From contig CAZIVW010000006.1 of NCBI GenBank assembly GCA_964542975.1, positions 22,937 through 86,936 on the forward strand: a stretch of DNA of 64,000 nt, in the 5' to 3' direction. Positions within the stretch are counted from its first letter, which is position 1. Every line of letters begins with the position of its first letter. A model generated the notes under the pieces. The model was not told where the DNA came from, did no database searches, and saw only the letters and a list, made by a program, of their open reading frames with translations. Below, one piece after another: positions 62,089-64,000 of the stretch. This DNA comes from an uncultured Sphingopyxis sp. (GTDB lineage: Bacteria; Pseudomonadota; Alphaproteobacteria; Sphingomonadales; Sphingomonadaceae). Both the position numbers and the translations under genes were made by a program.

Positions 62089-62654
62089 TCCGCCACCGTC
62101 TGGCCGAGCAGATCAAAAACATCTGCTGCCACCCGTTTGAGCGTGACCGTCATGCCTGATGCCATCGTAAGCGTGCCACCATGTGGCGGATTGACCGTCA
62201 CACCGCTTGCTGGTGCGAACTCCACATCGCCGGTTGCGCGGAAATGCCATTCGCCATTGCTCGGTAAAGCCAACGTAGCGTTTGGTGCGACTGTAATGGA
62301 CACAGCACCGCCCCCGCCGATGCGGATGTATGCGCCTACATCGGCAGCGGCCAAAGCATAATTCTCTGTCTTGTTTACCACTTGCGCGAAACTGGTCGCA
62401 GCCCCCTCGCTGAACGCGATCCGCTGAATATATTCCCGCCCGCCGCCGACGATTTTCAAATCATATCGGCCATCGGGCGCGGCGAATTGCACATGGCCGC
62501 GATCATTGCCGTTGAACGGATTGGTCAGCGCCGCGCCGTCTTTGTCCACCAATCCCGTGGCCAGTGTTTCGCTGTTCGGCAAATAAACAGTGGCCGTGGG
62601 GTTGGCCACGGCGGCGCCATTGGCGGCGGTGATCCAGAAATTCTTTAATTCCAT
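62085..62654 (-). CDS. Putative short accessory tail fibre/adaptor
   Basis: N-terminus MELKNF...ATVYLP...LTNPF...QFAAPDGRYDL resembles tailspike anchors; C-terminal NYALAAADVG...TLKRVAADVF module. Confidence 0.55.
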   Translation of the reverse strand: MELKNFWITAANGAAVANPTATVYLPNSETLATGLVDKDGAALTNPFNGNDRGHVQFAAPDGRYDLKIVGGGREYIQRIAFSEGAATSFAQVVNKTENYALAAADVGAYIRIGGGGAVSITVAPNATLALPSNGEWHFRATGDVEFAPASGVTVNPPHGGTLTMASGMTVTLKRVAADVFDLLGQTVAE

Positions 62655-62682
62655 TATGCCTTCCCCGTCGCAATATTCGGCT

Positions 62683-63255
62683 TCACAAAATGATGCGATC
62701 TTCGTGGATCGCCATTTGCGGCCATTGGTAATTACTCACTTCGATGATGCTGCCAACCACCGATGCCCCCGCCATGAACAAGGCGGTGTTGCTGGTGACG
62801 GTGATTTCCAAACCCGACAAATGCGACCGCAGGTTTTTGGTGCGGCCCAACACTTCGAACAGGCCGATTTGCGCCGCTTCGGTGATGCCGCTTTGGCCCA
62901 CGCCCATGAACATTTTGAATGTATAAGGCGCGCCTATGGGGGTTTGGCGGTGCCATTCTTGGATTTGCACATCGATATTCAGCGCGGCCAACGCATCGCG
63001 CACCGCGCCGATCGTGCCTTTCATTCGGTGCACGGTCACGCTGGATTTGATAAAGGCGCGCTGTTGCTCATCGCTCCACCCGCTGACCCATTCATCCACG
63101 CTGAATGCCGATGCCAGCCACGGCAGCCATTTTTCGGGGCAGATGTCTTCGTTCCAAATATCGCGCAGCGGCGTGGGCAGCGCGTCGATGCGCAGCGACA
63201 GTTCCGCTAACGCCCGTTCTTGCGGCGTCGCATTGGGGGGCAGCAGGTCAGACAC
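62683..63255 (-). CDS. Phage tail protein I (P2 gpI-like)
   Basis: LLPPNAT, CP..WLPWLA..FSVDEW, HRMKGT, QEW. Confidence 0.93.
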   Translation of the reverse strand: MSDLLPPNATPQERALAELSLRIDALPTPLRDIWNEDICPEKWLPWLASAFSVDEWVSGWSDEQQRAFIKSSVTVHRMKGTIGAVRDALAALNIDVQIQEWHRQTPIGAPYTFKMFMGVGQSGITEAAQIGLFEVLGRTKNLRSHLSGLEITVTSNTALFMAGASVVGSIIEVSNYQWPQMAIHEDRIIL

Positions 63256-64000
63256 CGGACAAAATCTGTGTGCTCAGGCGGATGTCGGTGCAATAGGCCG
63301 CTTCGCCGGACGTGATTTCCAAATTGGCGCTCGGTTCGACCAGCTCGACCAGATGAACCCCCGGCTGGTGCAGCGCGGCGTAAATGCCGGACAGGTTGAT
63401 GTCGCAACCCATGCGGTGCTGGGTCCGCACAAAATCATCCAGCGCAGCCTGCGCGGCGGCCAGCACCACTTGGGCATCCGGCCCGGGCAAGATGTGCAGC
63501 ACCGCCTCTACCTCATAATCGGTAATGCTGGCGGACAAGACGGTCAGATGGTCGGTCATGGGCCGGACATGCTGGTCGTTCAGGGCGGCGGTGACTTTGT
63601 CGACCAAATCCACATCGGCCGCGCCATTGCCGACGCGCGACAGAATATAAACCGTCACATCGCCGGGGTCGGGCGACACAGCGGACACGTCCTTGACCTG
63701 CCCCGACGCGGTCAGGGCGTGGAACACATAGGCCCCCTCGCTGCCCGCGCTGGTATATCCTTCCAGCGACAGGGGGATGCGTTGGCGAAAATCGACATCG
63801 CTTTCCATAACCGCCGCCGTCGGGGGGATGGCGTCGGGGTCAGCGGGCAAGACAACCAAGCGCGCCACCCCAAATCGGGCGGCGATATGGTCCAAATCCG
63901 CCCCCACCGCCAAGGCCAGCGTCACCGCCTTGGCCGCTGCATTAACGCGGTTGCGCATGCCCAATTCGCGATAGGCGAAAACCTGTATCAGCTTCATGGC
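63248..64000 (-). CDS. Baseplate J protein (5' part outside the window)
   Basis: AYRE..MRNRVN, GADLDH, ESD..FR, AGSEGAY.FHAL, VRPMTD. Confidence 0.93.
   Translation of the reverse strand, partial: AMKLIQVFAYRELGMRNRVNAAAKAVTLALAVGADLDHIAARFGVARLVVLPADPDAIPPTAAVMESDVDFRQRIPLSLEGYTSAGSEGAYVFHALTASGQVKDVSAVSPDPGDVTVYILSRVGNGAADVDLVDKVTAALNDQHVRPMTDHLTVLSASITDYEVEAVLHILPGPDAQVVLAAAQAALDDFVRTQHRMGCDINLSGIYAALHQPGVHLVELVEPSANLEITSGEAAYCTDIRLSTQILSGV

Larger units (their letters stand above)
49767..64000 (-). mobile_element. P2-like contractile-tailed prophage, tail end (continues beyond the window)
   Basis: tRNA-fragment att plus the J-I-H-G-FI-FII-E-T-U-X-D gene series and AT-rich morons. Confidence 0.9.

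Noticed and set aside
58235..62654. Invertible tail-fibre cassette or diversity-generating retroelement
   Set aside because: No invertase or reverse transcriptase in the window, the 21-bp repeats are direct rather than inverted, and no TR/VR pair was seen
51437..64000. Tailocin or GTA instead of prophage
   Set aside because: The tRNA-derived att and morons favour a prophage, but head and integrase genes lie outside the window so this is not fully excluded

Overview
Alphaproteobacterial chromosome segment, probably Sphingomonadaceae (Sphingopyxis-like gene order; inferred, not proven). 1-6.1 kb is a metal-resistance block: copB (partial), copA, a CnrYXH-like ECF sigma/sensor/anti-sigma trio, copC, an outer-membrane beta-barrel, and a yybP-ykoY riboswitch ahead of a TMEM165/GDT1 exporter. 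6.1-49.3 kb is mostly core or envelope genes: tamB/tamA, selO, wecB plus an epimerase, hslVU, rodZ, cpoB, tilS, ftsH, DUF3800, rpoZ, a cardiolipin synthase-like PLD, pmtA, an MFS transporter, a CDC48-like ATPase, LysR, an autotransporter with ECF/FecR/TBDR, an SBP, DUF4112, a prolyl oligopeptidase, a nuclease, and a TonB-dependent receptor split at a T7 tract. From about 49.77 kb to the end is one end of a P2-like contractile-tailed prophage, bounded by a 24-bp tRNA 3' fragment (att, probably tRNA-Tyr). It carries tail genes D, X, U, T, E/E', FII, FI, G-like, H, I and J. The most interesting parts are prophage cargo and regulation: (i) a cassette between I and H with a putative second fibre plus adhesin and a convergent Aur1/IPC-synthase-like PAP2 membrane enzyme; (ii) a DUF4760-like gene preceded in frame by an 8-codon micro-ORF with a strong RBS; (iii) a 21-bp duplicated late-promoter-like element coupled to hairpins. 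All protein calls come from recognised motifs and context; no searches were run.
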